Under the pieces are notes generated by a model. That model worked only from the letters and a program-made list of their open reading frames with translations. It was not told the DNA's origin and did no database searches. 64,000 nt of DNA from Bacillota bacterium (GTDB lineage: Bacteria > Bacillota > Sulfobacillia > JAIMAT01): NCBI GenBank assembly GCA_023511835.1, contig JAIMAT010000002.1, positions 10,491 to 74,490 on the forward strand, given 5' to 3'. Every line of letters starts with the position of its first letter. The stretch's first letter is position 1. Below are positions 36,616 through 49,739 of the stretch, piece after piece. Position numbers and translations under genes: made by a program.

Positions 36616-38439
36616 CTAGCCGCCCGAGCCCGAGCCGCTAGTCGGGCCACCGGCGCCGCCGGGAGCGCCGCCCGGGCCGCCGGAGCCGGAACCGCCCGGA
36701 GCACCCTGGCCTCCCTGGGTGGAGGAGCCCGGCAGGAGGCTGGGCGAGGTGAGGTGCTGGCTGGGCAGCAGGTCGGCGGAGCTGCCGGTGATCACGCGGT
36801 CGCCCGGTTTGAGGCCGGAGAGCACCTGGGCGTAGCGGTCGTTGACCAGCCCCAGCCGCACGATCACCGTCCGCGCGGTGCCATTCCTCTCCATCACCTC
36901 CACCTTCGACTGGCCGTCTTCCTCGAAGATGGCCTCCACCGGCACCAGCAGGGCGTCCCTGGCGCTGCCGGCGTCGATGTGGGCCCGGGCCTGCATCCCG
37001 GGGCGCAGCTCGGGCACCCCGTCCACCTGGATGACGACCTGGAACTGGGTGACGCCGCTCTGGTCCTTGCCCATCATGGCCACGTTGGTCACCGTGCCGT
37101 GGAGCACCCGCCCGGGCAGGGCGTCCACCGTCACCTGCACCGGCGCGCCCTGCTTCACCTTGACCACGTCCACGTCGCTCACCTGGGCAAAGAGCTGCAT
37201 GCGGGCGGTGTTGAGCACTTGGCCCAGATACTGGCCGGGTTGCAGCAGGGCGCCCGGTTGCAGGGGCGGCACGCCGACCACGATGCCGTCCATGGGCGAG
37301 CGGACCTCAAGCAGGCTCGCCTGGGCCTGGTCCTGGGCCAGCTTCTGCTCGGCGTCGTGCAGGCTCTCAAGCTTCGCCTCCACGGAGGACTGGAAGGTGC
37401 TTCCCGAAAGGGTGAGGAGGGGGTCGCCGCGGCGGACCGGCTGCATGTCCTGGACGAAGAGACGCGTGACGGAGGCGTCGGCGGGGCTGGTCAGCGCCTC
37501 GCTCTGCCCGTAGCTCTCGATCTGCTGGCAGTAGCGGAGCCAGCTGATCGAGGAGGGCTCGCCCGTGGCGGGGCCCGAGGAACCGGCCCGGTTGCCGCGC
37601 GCGAAGCCCACCTGCGCCTGCATGCCCGGGCGGAGTAGGCCCGGGTTGACCCCTTCCAGGGTGACCCAGTAGACGAACTGGGAGGGCCCGCTCGCCTGGC
37701 TGCCGGAGCCGGAGGGGGCGCCGGTGCCGCAGTCGTTGAGCTCGGAGAGCGGCGTCGGGATGGGATTGGGGTTGATGCCGGTCACCTGCGCCGGAACCAA
37801 CCCGTCGAACTCGTCGAAGCGCAGGTAGGCGGTCTCCCCCTTGCGCACGCCGGGCAGCTCGCCCGGTGCCAGCCGCGCCACCAGCACGAAGTGGGAGTCG
37901 TCCACCACCTGGGCCAGCAGCTGCCCCTGCTTCACCTGGCTGCCCAGGGTGAGCGAGAGGCCGGTCACCCGTCCGTCGATGGGCGCCGTCAACGTGATGC
38001 CGCGCGCCGGGTCGATCCCGTCCACCTGGTCGGGCGTCACGCCCAGCAGCTGGGCCAGGTCGAGCCGCGCCTGCTGGACGGCCTGGCTGTCCTGCTGCAG
38101 CTGCTGCTGCAGGGCAGGGGCGGCGAGGCGCGCCACCACCTGGCCGGCCCGCACGGGATCGCCCTCGTGGACGAGCATCTCCTGGAGCACGTAGGAGGGC
38201 GCGGCCCCAGGGTTCTGGCCGGACGCCACCGGCACCATGAGTCCGCTCCCCTCCGCGGGGTTGAGCGGGCCGGTGGTCTCCACGCCCACCGAGATGGCGC
38301 CCCGCCGAACGGTGGCGGTGGCGTAAAGCGGTGCCTGGGAGGGCTCTACCGGCGGAGGAAGGAGCCGGCGGTAGGCGAGATAACCGCCTCCCAGGACGAT
38401 CACCATCACCGCCAGCGTCGCGGCCACCCTGCGGATCAC
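36616..38439 (-). CDS. efflux membrane-fusion (periplasmic adaptor) protein, HlyD/MacA family
   Basis: N-terminal TM, coiled-coil/lipoyl/beta-barrel pattern, long Gly/Ser-rich C-terminal tail. Confidence 0.75.
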   Translation of the reverse strand: MIRRVAATLAVMVIVLGGGYLAYRRLLPPPVEPSQAPLYATATVRRGAISVGVETTGPLNPAEGSGLMVPVASGQNPGAAPSYVLQEMLVHEGDPVRAGQVVARLAAPALQQQLQQDSQAVQQARLDLAQLLGVTPDQVDGIDPARGITLTAPIDGRVTGLSLTLGSQVKQGQLLAQVVDDSHFVLVARLAPGELPGVRKGETAYLRFDEFDGLVPAQVTGINPNPIPTPLSELNDCGTGAPSGSGSQASGPSQFVYWVTLEGVNPGLLRPGMQAQVGFARGNRAGSSGPATGEPSSISWLRYCQQIESYGQSEALTSPADASVTRLFVQDMQPVRRGDPLLTLSGSTFQSSVEAKLESLHDAEQKLAQDQAQASLLEVRSPMDGIVVGVPPLQPGALLQPGQYLGQVLNTARMQLFAQVSDVDVVKVKQGAPVQVTVDALPGRVLHGTVTNVAMMGKDQSGVTQFQVVIQVDGVPELRPGMQARAHIDAGSARDALLVPVEAIFEEDGQSKVEVMERNGTARTVIVRLGLVNDRYAQVLSGLKPGDRVITGSSADLLPSQHLTSPSLLPGSSTQGGQGAPGGSGSGGPGGAPGGAGGPTSGSGSGG

Positions 38440-39221
38440 CTGGGTTCACCCCCCTGTCCGGCGGAAGCGGTCGCCCCGGCGGGAAGCGCCGCCGGTCCGG
38501 CGGCGGGCGCCGCTTCCTCTTCGACGATCGGCTCGACGACGGGCTCGTCGCGGACTAGGCGCCCGTCCAGCAGACGGACGAGGCGGCTGCCGTGGCGCGC
38601 CACGCGCTCGTCGTGCGTCACCTGCACGATGGTCAGGCCCCGCTCGCGGTTGAGGCGCTGGAAGATGGCCATGATCATGCGGCTCGACTGCGAATCCAGG
38701 GCGCCCGTCGGCTCGTCGGCCAGGATCAGCGCGGGCTGGCCGACCAGGGCGCGGGCGATGGCGACGCGCTGCTGCTCGCCGCCGGAGAGCTGCGCGGGAC
38801 GGTGGCGGGCGCGGGCCGCCAGGCCGACCTCCTCCAGCGCCTTGAGCGCCAGCCGGTGGCGCTCCCGGGCGGGCAGGCCGCGGTAGACCAGGGGCAGCTC
38901 CACGTTGGCCAGCGCGTCCAGATCGGGCATCAGACGGAAGTCCTGGAAGATGAAGCCCAGGAAGCGGTTCCGCAGCTCGGCCAGCTCCCCGTCGTCCATC
39001 CGGTCGGTCGACGCGCCGGCGATCTCGCGGCTGCCCGCGCTGGGGCGGTCCAGGCAGCCGATCAGGTTGAGCAGGGTCGACTTGCCCGAACCCGAGGGGC
39101 CCATGATGGAGACGAACTCGCCGGCCTCCACGGTCAGGTCGACGTCGCGCAGGGCGTCGACGCGGACCTGGCCGGCGCGGTAGCTGCGCGTCACCGCCAT
39201 CAGGCGGACGACGGGCGCCAT
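38436..39221 (-). CDS. ABC transporter ATP-binding protein (MacB/LolD-type)
   Basis: Walker A GPSGSGKST, signature LSGGEQQRVAIARAL, Walker B ILADEPTGALD. Confidence 0.9.
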   Translation of the reverse strand: MAPVVRLMAVTRSYRAGQVRVDALRDVDLTVEAGEFVSIMGPSGSGKSTLLNLIGCLDRPSAGSREIAGASTDRMDDGELAELRNRFLGFIFQDFRLMPDLDALANVELPLVYRGLPARERHRLALKALEEVGLAARARHRPAQLSGGEQQRVAIARALVGQPALILADEPTGALDSQSSRMIMAIFQRLNRERGLTIVQVTHDERVARHGSRLVRLLDGRLVRDEPVVEPIVEEEAAPAAGPAALPAGATASAGQGGEPR

Positions 39222-39408
39222 CCCCTCTCACCTCCGCCGGCGGGCCGGGCGCGGCCGCCCCGCACCGGGGCGCCGGCGCCTTGCCGGCTCGCCACCCCTT
39301 GAGACGAGGCAGGACGGGCAGCCGTTCCCTCCCCTGGGAGAAAGCCCCTGGCTGCGCGGCAGGAAGCCCGACCGGCATAGAGATGAAGCTGCGGAAGGGG
39401 GATGGGGC

Positions 39409-40401
39409 GTGGCGAGCGAGGCCGGGCGCGCCGTCGCCGAGGCGCTGGAGCGCGGGGAGATCGAGCCCCTGGAGGCGCTGCGCCGCCTCCGCCGGCTGCC
39501 GGCCCAGCCCGAGCGGGTGGGCCAGGCGGCCGCGCCCCCGGCCGCGCCGGCCGCCGGCGCCGACGCGGGGGCGGCGGCCCGGGCTGAGCTGGAGCGGGCG
39601 CTGGCGGAGCTGGACCGCCTGGTCGGCCTGGAGGAGGTGAAGCGGCTCGTCCGCGAGCTGACCGACTTCGTCGAAGTGCAGCGCCGCCGCCAGGAGCAGC
39701 ACCTGGTCACCGAGCCGACCGTGCTGCACGCGGTCTTCCGCGGCAATCCCGGAACCGGCAAGACCACCGTCGCCCGGCTGCTGGCCCGCATCTACCAGGC
39801 GCTGGGTCTCCTGGAGCGCGGCCACCTGGTGGAGGTGGAGCGGGCGGACCTGGTAGGCGAGTACATCGGCCACACCGCCCAGCGGACGCGCGAGCAGGTG
39901 CGGCGGGCGCTGGGCGGCATCCTCTTCGTCGACGAGGCCTACTCGCTGGCCCGCGGCGGCGAGAAGGACTTCGGCAAGGAAGCCATCGACGTCCTGGTCA
40001 AGGCGATGGAGGACTACCGCGGGCGCTTCGTCCTCATCCTGGCCGGCTACCGCCTGGAGATGGAATACTTCCTGCTCCAGAACCCCGGCCTTCGCTCGCG
40101 CTTCCCCATCCAGATCGACTTCCCCGACTTCGATATCCCGCAGCTGGTCTCCATCTGCGAACTGATGTTTGCCGAACGTGAGTACCGGGCCTCCCCGGAG
40201 GCTCTCGAACAGCTGCGCCGGATGCTGGCGCGGCCCGAGTGGGCGCTGCGCGTCGCCCAGGGGAACGCCCGTCTCGTGCGCAACCTGGTGGAGCGCGCCG
40301 TCCGGCGCCAGGCCAGCCGCGTGGTGCGCGAGGACCGGCGGAGCCGCGAGGAGCTGATGGAGATCACGGCCGCCGACCTGCTGGGAGAGCTGGAGCCGTG
40401 A
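39409..40401 (+). CDS. spoVK: SpoVK/CbbX-type AAA+ ATPase
   Basis: GNPGTGKTTVARLLARIY, ILFVDEAYSLARG, VLILAGY; GTG start behind GGAAGGGGG. Confidence 0.75.
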   Translation: MASEAGRAVAEALERGEIEPLEALRRLRRLPAQPERVGQAAAPPAAPAAGADAGAAARAELERALAELDRLVGLEEVKRLVRELTDFVEVQRRRQEQHLVTEPTVLHAVFRGNPGTGKTTVARLLARIYQALGLLERGHLVEVERADLVGEYIGHTAQRTREQVRRALGGILFVDEAYSLARGGEKDFGKEAIDVLVKAMEDYRGRFVLILAGYRLEMEYFLLQNPGLRSRFPIQIDFPDFDIPQLVSICELMFAEREYRASPEALEQLRRMLARPEWALRVAQGNARLVRNLVERAVRRQASRVVREDRRSREELMEITAADLLGELEP

Positions 40402-41015
40402 GCCGCCCAGCGCCGGTGGCGCTCGTAGTCGGCCGGCCCGGGGTGGGCAAGAGCGCCCTCCTCCGCCTGCTGGGCTCCGCCGGCGGAGAGGCGGGGAGGG
40501 GCTGGTCGCTGCGCGCCAGCCTGGCGCGCCGGCCGCCGGAGCGGGAGCGGGGGGTCCCTGCCCTGGGCGTGGCGCGTCGCCTCCTCCTTTTCGACGCGGG
40601 GCGGGGGAGGGTGGAGGCGCTCCTCGTGGTGGAGGGCGCCGCGGTACCCGAGCGGCTGCCGGAGGCGGTGGCCGAACGGAGGCGGCTGGGCGAGACGCTT
40701 CTCCTCCTGGAGGAGGCGGCGCTGGTCCTCCACGTCCTGGACGGCCCCTCGCTGGGCGGCGAGGGCGGGGAGAACTGGCTCCATCCCCTGGACGCGGAGC
40801 TGCAGGCGCTGGGGGCCCGCCGGCCGGCCTACGCGGCGGTGGTGAGCGGCATCGACCGGACCTGGGGTCCCACCGGCCTCGCCCGCCTGCGCGAGCGCTG
40901 GCCGGGCGTGCCGGTCTTCCCCTTCGGCGCCTCCACGCGCGAGGGCGTGCGCGAGATCCGCGCCTGGCTGCGCGGACAGGTGACAGGGGCGCGGCCGCGC
41001 CGGGACGTCCGTTGA
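40398..41015 (+). CDS. uncharacterised P-loop NTPase-like protein, translationally coupled to the spoVK-like gene
   Basis: GTG overlapping the spoVK stop; Walker A-like GRPGVGKSALLRLLG; otherwise Ala/Leu/Arg/Gly-rich with no recognisable G2-G4 motifs, so low confidence that it is a true GTPase. Confidence 0.4.
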   Translation: MSRPAPVALVVGRPGVGKSALLRLLGSAGGEAGRGWSLRASLARRPPERERGVPALGVARRLLLFDAGRGRVEALLVVEGAAVPERLPEAVAERRRLGETLLLLEEAALVLHVLDGPSLGGEGGENWLHPLDAELQALGARRPAYAAVVSGIDRTWGPTGLARLRERWPGVPVFPFGASTREGVREIRAWLRGQVTGARPRRDVR

Positions 41016-41037
41016 CAGGGAATTTCGCGACCGGTAC
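41009..41037 (+). promoter_or_regulatory. putative glnRA promoter (perfect -35 TTGACA-17 nt-TACTGT)
   Basis: cgTTGACAgggaatttcgcgaccggTACTGTagg, about 70 nt upstream of glnR. Confidence 0.4.
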
Positions 41038-41105
41038 TGTAGGCGGCGACACCGGGGCACGATTCCTGCCACGTCGATCCCGGAGCCCGGCAGGGGGCGG
41101 GAAGG

Positions 41106-41573
41106 TTGGAGCGGCGGTCCGGCGAAGGCGAGGAACTCTTCTCCATCGGCACGGTGGAGCGGCTGACCGGCCTGAGCAGCCGGCAGATCCGCTACTACGA
41201 GGCGAAGGGCCTGGTGCGCCCGGCGCGGACGCCCGGCCACCAGCGCGTGTACACCCGCGCCCAGGTGGAGCGCCTGCGCCAGATCAAGCGCTGGCTGGAC
41301 GAGGGCAGGAGCCTGCAGAGCATCGCCCGCGAGCTGGCCGCGGAGGCGGAGGCGGAGGCAGAGGGCGAGGCGGTCCGCTACGCGGCGCCGGAGCGCTTCC
41401 TGCGCCACGGGCTGACCTCGCTCTACCCCGTGCGCGAGGCGGGGGAGCTGAGCCGTCTTCTGGAGAGGCGGCGGCAGGGGCGCGCCCGTAAAGACGAGGA
41501 ATCGGCGGCGGACGGCGGGCCTGCCCGCCGGCGCCGCGCCGGGAGGCGGAAGGATGGCCAGGAGGACGCCTGA
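41106..41573 (+). CDS. glnR: MerR-family nitrogen regulator GlnR
   Basis: [27 protein letters not shown] matches GlnR/TnrA HTH; lies directly upstream of and overlapping glnA; TTG start (uncertain). Confidence 0.75.
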   Translation: MERRSGEGEELFSIGTVERLTGLSSRQIRYYEAKGLVRPARTPGHQRVYTRAQVERLRQIKRWLDEGRSLQSIARELAAEAEAEAEGEAVRYAAPERFLRHGLTSLYPVREAGELSRLLERRRQGRARKDEESAADGGPARRRRAGRRKDGQEDA

Positions 41574-42888
41574 GGAGATCCTCCGGACGGTGCGGGAGCA
41601 GGATGTGCGCTTCATCCGCCTCCAGTTCACCGACGTCCTCGGCGTGATCAAGAACGTCGACATCCCCGTGGCCCAGCTGGAGAAGGCGCTGGCGGGGGAG
41701 CTGGCCTTCGACGGCTCCTCCATCGAGGGCTTCGTCCGCATCGAGGAGTCGGACATGGTGCTGCAGCCCGACCCCTCCACCTTCGTCATCTTCCCGTGGC
41801 GGAACGGGGACGGGACGCGCACCGCGAGGCTCATCTGCGACATCGCCCATCCCGACGGGAGCCCCTTCGAGGGCGACCCGCGGCGCGTGCTGCGGCGGGC
41901 CATGGCGCGGGCGGCCGAGCAGGGCCTGGTCATGAACGTGGGCCCGGAGCCGGAGTTCTTTCTCTTCAACACCGACCCGGAGGGGAACGCCACCACGCGC
42001 ACCCAGGACCAGGCCGGCTACTTCGACCTGGCGCCGGTCGACCGCGGCGAAGAGGCGCGCGCCGACATGGTGGTGACGCTCCAGGAGATGGGCTTCGAGA
42101 TCGAGGCCTCGCACCACGAGGTGGCGCCGGGGCAGCACGAGATCGACTTCAAGTACGCCGACGCGCTGACCACCGCCGACGCCATCGCCACCTTCCGCTT
42201 CGTGGTCCGGACGGTGGCGGCGGCCCACGGTCTGCACGCCACCTTCATGCCCAAGCCGCTCTTCGGCGTCAACGGCTCGGGCATGCACCTCCACCAGTCG
42301 CTCTTCCGCGGTGAGGAGAACGCCTTCTACGACCCTCGCCGGCCGGACGGCCTCTCCGAGATGGCGCTCCACTACATCGCCGGCATCATCCGCCACGCGC
42401 GCGCCATCACGGCGCTGGCCAACCCGCTGGTCAACTCGTACAAGCGGCTCGTGCCGGGCTACGAGGCGCCGACCTACATCGCTTGGTCCTACCGGAACCG
42501 GAGCCCGATGATCCGCATTCCGGCCAAGCGCGGCCTGAGCACGCGCATCGAGCTTCGCTCGCCCGACCCCAGCTGCAACCCCTACCTGGTGCTTGCCGCC
42601 TGCCTGCGGGCCGGCCTGGAGGGGATCGAGCAGCGGCTGGAGCCGCCCGAGCCGGTCAACCGGAACCTCTATGCCATGAGCCCGGCGGAGCGGGAGGAGC
42701 TGGGCGTGGAGGAGCTGCCGGGCAGCCTGGGCGAGGCGCTGGAGGAACTGCGCAAGGACGCGCTGATGCGGGAGACGCTGGGCGAGCACGTCTTCTCGCA
42801 CTATCTGGAGGCCAAGGAGATCGAGTGGGAGATCTACCGGAGCCAGGTCCACGCCTGGGAGGTGGAGCAGTACCTGCGCACCTTCTAG
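41554..42888 (+). CDS. glnA: glutamine synthetase type I
   Basis: Canonical GSI sequence throughout ([23 protein letters not shown]). Confidence 0.95.
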   Translation: MARRTPEEILRTVREQDVRFIRLQFTDVLGVIKNVDIPVAQLEKALAGELAFDGSSIEGFVRIEESDMVLQPDPSTFVIFPWRNGDGTRTARLICDIAHPDGSPFEGDPRRVLRRAMARAAEQGLVMNVGPEPEFFLFNTDPEGNATTRTQDQAGYFDLAPVDRGEEARADMVVTLQEMGFEIEASHHEVAPGQHEIDFKYADALTTADAIATFRFVVRTVAAAHGLHATFMPKPLFGVNGSGMHLHQSLFRGEENAFYDPRRPDGLSEMALHYIAGIIRHARAITALANPLVNSYKRLVPGYEAPTYIAWSYRNRSPMIRIPAKRGLSTRIELRSPDPSCNPYLVLAACLRAGLEGIEQRLEPPEPVNRNLYAMSPAEREELGVEELPGSLGEALEELRKDALMRETLGEHVFSHYLEAKEIEWEIYRSQVHAWEVEQYLRTF

Positions 42889-42986
42889 CCGCGGCCGCCG
42901 CCCGCCGGGCGTGCCTCCGGGGGGCGGGCGAGGCGGAAAGCGGCAGCGGCCGGCGACAGGGAAGCGTCGGGCCCAGCGAGAATAAG

Positions 42987-43030
42987 GCGGCGGAGACTGA
43001 ATGACGGTTCAGTCTCCGCCGCTTCGTTCC
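42987..43030 (+). terminator. strong intrinsic terminator after glnA (15-bp perfect stem GCGGCGGAGACTGAA/TTCAGTCTCCGCCGC, loop tgacgg, followed by TTCGTT)
   Basis: Seen directly in the sequence. Confidence 0.7.
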
Positions 43031-43077
43031 GCGCCCCCGGGGGAGGGCCGGAACGGACCGACTTCCTCGACGGGGGG

Positions 43078-43875
43078 TTGCGCATGCGACTGGTCGTCGG
43101 TTTGAAGTACATCCTCGACCCCGAGATCCCGCCCCGCGACTTCCGCATCGACGAGGAGGCCCGCCGCCCGATCCAGGGCAGGGCCTCCCTGGTGATCAGC
43201 CCGTTCGACGAGAACGCGCTGGAGCTGGCGCTCCAGATGAAGGACCGCGACCCCGCCACCCAGGTGGTGGCGCTCAGCGCCGGTCCGGCCAGCTCCGAGG
43301 AAGCGCTGCGCAAGGCGCTCTCCCTGCGCGTCGACGAGGCGGTGCGGGTGGAGACCGAGCCGCTGGAGGAGCCCGACGGCGCGCAGACGGCGCTCCTCCT
43401 GGCCGCCGCGGTGCGCCGCCTGCAGGGTGACGTCCTGCTGGTGGGGCGCCAAGCCGGCGACTGGGACCGCGGCCAGACCGGTCCCATCGCCGCCGAGATC
43501 CTGGGCTGGCCCTGCGTCACCGCCGTCTCGCGCATCGAGGTGGCGGACGGCCGGCTCCGGCTCCGCCACGAAGGGCCCGACGGTCTGGAGGTGGTGGAGG
43601 CGGCGCCGCCGCTGGTGGTGACGGTCACCAACGACGAGGCCAACCAGCTCCGCATCCCCAAGGCGCGCGACATCCTGGCCACCCGCTCCAAGCAGGTCGC
43701 CCGCCTGACCCTGGCCGACCTGGGCCTGGCGGCCGGCGAGGTGGCGGCGCGCACGCGCGTGACGCGCCTCTACGTGCCGGTGGAGGAACGCCAGTGCGAG
43801 TGGATCGAGGGCGACGACGCCGAGGCCAAGGCGCGGGCGCTGGCGGACCGGCTCCTGGCGCTGAAGGTCCTCTAG
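43078..43875 (+). CDS. etfB: electron transfer flavoprotein beta subunit
   Basis: MRLVVGLKYILDPEIPP...; EtfB fold signature. Confidence 0.9.
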   Translation: MRMRLVVGLKYILDPEIPPRDFRIDEEARRPIQGRASLVISPFDENALELALQMKDRDPATQVVALSAGPASSEEALRKALSLRVDEAVRVETEPLEEPDGAQTALLLAAAVRRLQGDVLLVGRQAGDWDRGQTGPIAAEILGWPCVTAVSRIEVADGRLRLRHEGPDGLEVVEAAPPLVVTVTNDEANQLRIPKARDILATRSKQVARLTLADLGLAAGEVAARTRVTRLYVPVEERQCEWIEGDDAEAKARALADRLLALKVL

Positions 43876-43966
43876 CAGGCCGCCGGCCTCCTTCCCCCGG
43901 TCCCGGCGGACCGGCGGTCGGGGGCAGCGGCACTCCACCGAAAGTGAAGGAAGCGAGGTTGGAGCC

Positions 43967-44938
43967 ATGAGCGTGCTCTCTCTCCTTCTCCTGCGCGACG
44001 GCGGACTGGACAAGGCGGCACTCGAGGCGCTGGCTGCCGGAGGCGCGGCCGCGCGAGCGCTGGGTACCGGTCTGGAGGCGGCGGTGGTCGGCTCGACCGG
44101 CCCGCTGCCCGACCTGGGTCCCTACGGCGTGCAGAAGGTCTGGCAGCTGGCGGCACCGGCCGGGGAGTACCAGCCGGAGCGCTGGCTGGCCGCCCTGGAG
44201 GCGCTCGTGCGCGCCGCCGGGGCCGGCGTGGCGGTGCTGGCGGGCGACGCCGCCGGGCGCGAGCTGGGACCGCGCCTCGCCCACCGGCTGGGCGGCGGCA
44301 GCGTCACCGAGTGCGTCGACTTCCATGTGGAGGAGGGTCGACTCGAGGCGGTGCGGCCGGTCTTCGGCGGCAAGGCCATGGCTCACGTCCGCGTCGAGGC
44401 CGAGCCGGCCGTGCTGGTGACGCGCCTGCACGCCTTCGCCCCGGCCGAGGCGGCCTCCTCTGGCGCGGCGCCGGCGGCGGAGAGCGTGGCGGCCGACTTG
44501 CCTCCGTCCGACGGCCTGCCGCGGGTGGTGGAGCGGATCGAGGAGAGCGGCGAGGGCGTCCGCCTGGAGGAAGCCAAGCGCATCGTCTCGGGCGGGCGCG
44601 GCCTGGGCGGTCCGGAGAACTTCGCCCTGCTGGAGGAGCTGGCGCGGGTGATCGGCGGGGCCGTCGGCGCCTCGCGCGCCGCCGTCGACGCGGGCTGGGT
44701 GCCGCCCAGCTACCAGATCGGCCAGACCGGCCACATCGTCGCCCCCGACCTCTACCTGGCGGTGGGCATCTCCGGCGCCAGCCAGCACCTGGCCGGCATC
44801 GCCGGCGCCCGTCACGTGGTGGCCATCAACAAGGACGCCAGCGCGCCCATCTTTAAGGTCGCGGAGCTGGGCGTGGTGGAGGACTACAAGAAGGTGCTGC
44901 CGCCGCTCATCGAGGAGCTGAAGCGGCGCCTGGGCTGA
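43967..44938 (+). CDS. etfA: electron transfer flavoprotein alpha subunit
   Basis: FAD-binding C-terminus (PDLYLAVGISGASQHLAGI, VAINKDASAPIF). Confidence 0.9.
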   Translation: MSVLSLLLLRDGGLDKAALEALAAGGAAARALGTGLEAAVVGSTGPLPDLGPYGVQKVWQLAAPAGEYQPERWLAALEALVRAAGAGVAVLAGDAAGRELGPRLAHRLGGGSVTECVDFHVEEGRLEAVRPVFGGKAMAHVRVEAEPAVLVTRLHAFAPAEAASSGAAPAAESVAADLPPSDGLPRVVERIEESGEGVRLEEAKRIVSGGRGLGGPENFALLEELARVIGGAVGASRAAVDAGWVPPSYQIGQTGHIVAPDLYLAVGISGASQHLAGIAGARHVVAINKDASAPIFKVAELGVVEDYKKVLPPLIEELKRRLG

Positions 44939-44945
44939 GGCCGGG

Positions 44946-47051
<2,106 letters not shown>

Positions 47052-47100
47052 GCGCGGCCGGGCGGGCGCCGGACGGACGCGCGCGGGGAGGGCGGGCGAA

Positions 47101-48257
<1,157 letters not shown>

Positions 48258-48270
<13 letters not shown>

Positions 48271-48920
48271 GGCGGGCGGCCACCGGCCGCCCCGCCCGCC
48301 CGGTGGAGGACGGCGACGACGCGGCCCACGGGCCGCGCCTCGCGGCCGAGGAGCGGCTGGACGCCCGGGTTGGCCGCCTCGAGCCGGAAGCTCTCGCCGT
48401 CGGGGAGGAGCCGCCGGACCACCGGCTCGTCGCCCACCAGCGCCACCACCAGCTCGCCCGCCGGCGCCGCCGCGGCGGGAAGGCAGAGGACCACGTCCCC
48501 CTCCGCGATGCCGGCGTCCTCCATGGCCGAGCCGTGCACCCGGAGGGCGTAGGCGGCCTCGGCGCCGGGCAGCCCGGGCGGCAGGAGAAGCCAGCCCAGG
48601 GGGTCGGGGGCGGACTCTCCCGGCGGCGGGTCGCCGGCTTCGGGCGGGCGGCGGAGGAGCGGGATGCGGCGGAGCGCACCGGGGGCCTCCTCCTGCGGGG
48701 GGGCGAGGAGGCCCAGCGCGCGCGGGCGGGAGGCCTCCTGGCGAAGGAAGCCCTTCCGCACCAGCTGCCGCAGGTAGGCGTGGACCGTGGAGCTGGAGCG
48801 GAGTCCCACCCGCGCCCCGATCTCGCGCACCGACGGCGGGTAGCCATGCTCGCGGATGAACGCTTCGATGGAGTCCAGCACCTGGCGTTCCCGGGGCGTC
48901 AGCGAGGGCGCCGGCTCCAC
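48258..48920 (-). CDS. lexA: LexA repressor
   Basis: N-terminal winged HTH (LTPRERQVLDSIEAFIREHGYPPSVREIGARVGLRSSSTVHAYLRQLVRKGFL), S24 peptidase domain with Ala-Gly cleavage site and Ser/Lys dyad region; GTG start about 48920 (the ORF extends to 48977). Confidence 0.85.
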
Positions 48921-48968
48921 GCAGCCTCCCCCCCATGGCGGGCCTCCTGCGGTGCATCGCCGGCTGCA

Positions 48969-49008
48969 TGCTAGCATGGGGGGCGGAGCGGGTCAAACAG
49001 CTGTTCTC
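48969..49008 (-). promoter_or_regulatory. putative lexA promoter (-35 TTGACC, 17 nt, -10 TAGCAT inside the 12-bp palindrome CATGCTAGCATG) overlapped by a Cheo-like SOS box GAACAGCTGTTT
   Basis: In lexA sense: gGAGAACAGCTGTTTGACCcgctccgccccccatgcTAGCATgc; the palindrome AACAGCTGTT fits the Gram-positive LexA consensus GAAC-N4-GTTC at 7 of 8 core positions. Confidence 0.4.
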
Positions 49009-49034
49009 CCGAGAGGCCGCGAAGGAGGTCGAAC

Positions 49035-49739
49035 GTGCGCCCGCCACACCTGATCGTCACCGGGGGGCCGACGGAGGCGCCCCTGGACGAGGTCCGCTTC
49101 CTGTCGAACCGCTCCTCGGGGCGGACGGCCGCCGCGGTGGCGCGCCTGGCGCTGGAGCGCGGCTGGGATGTCACCTTCGTCCACGGCCCGGGCAGCGCGC
49201 TGCCCGGGGGAGGCAGCGGCTGGCTCCGCCTGGTGGCGGTGCGGACGGTCGCCGACCTGGAGGCGGCGCTGGAGCGGCTCTTGCACGATCCCCAGCGGCC
49301 CGTCGACGCGCTCGTCCACGCCATGGCCGTGCTCGACTTCGAGCCCGAGCGGCGCGAGGAGGGCAAGGTCTCCTCGCGGGGGGAGTGGTGGATCCGCCTG
49401 GTGCCGACGCCCAAGGTGGTGGAGGAGGTGCGCCGCTGGGCACCCGGCCTCTTCCTGGTCGCCTTCAAGCTGGAGGCGACGGAGGAGCCGGAGCGGCTGG
49501 CGGCGGCGGCGCGCGAGGCGGCGGCACGCCACGGGGCCGACCTGGTGGTGGCCAACAGCCTTCGCCAGGTGGGGCCCGAGCGGCACGTCACCTACGTGGT
49601 GGACCCGCGCGGCGGCGAGGTGCGGCGCTGCGAGAGCAACGAGGAGCTGGCCGCCCTGCTGCTGGACCGGATCGCGGAACGGCTGGGGCGGGGTGTGGCA
49701 CTGCCGGAGCCGGGCGGCGAGGAGGGCGGGGGGACGTGA
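49035..49739 (+). CDS. coaB: stand-alone phosphopantothenate-cysteine ligase (CoaB domain, DFP C-terminal family)
   Basis: 234 aa; GGPTEAPLDEVRFLSNRSSGRTAAAVA matches the CoaB motif (ISNRSSGKMG); GTG start 6 nt after GAAGGAGG. Confidence 0.75.
   Translation: MRPPHLIVTGGPTEAPLDEVRFLSNRSSGRTAAAVARLALERGWDVTFVHGPGSALPGGGSGWLRLVAVRTVADLEAALERLLHDPQRPVDALVHAMAVLDFEPERREEGKVSSRGEWWIRLVPTPKVVEEVRRWAPGLFLVAFKLEATEEPERLAAAAREAAARHGADLVVANSLRQVGPERHVTYVVDPRGGEVRRCESNEELAALLLDRIAERLGRGVALPEPGGEEGGGT

Noticed and set aside
41016-41105. GlnR/TnrA box (TGTNA-N7-TNACA) upstream of glnR
   Set aside because: Closest candidate TGTAGGCGGCGACA has the wrong spacing (TGT-N8-ACA); only the TTGACA/TACTGT promoter-like pair is reported.
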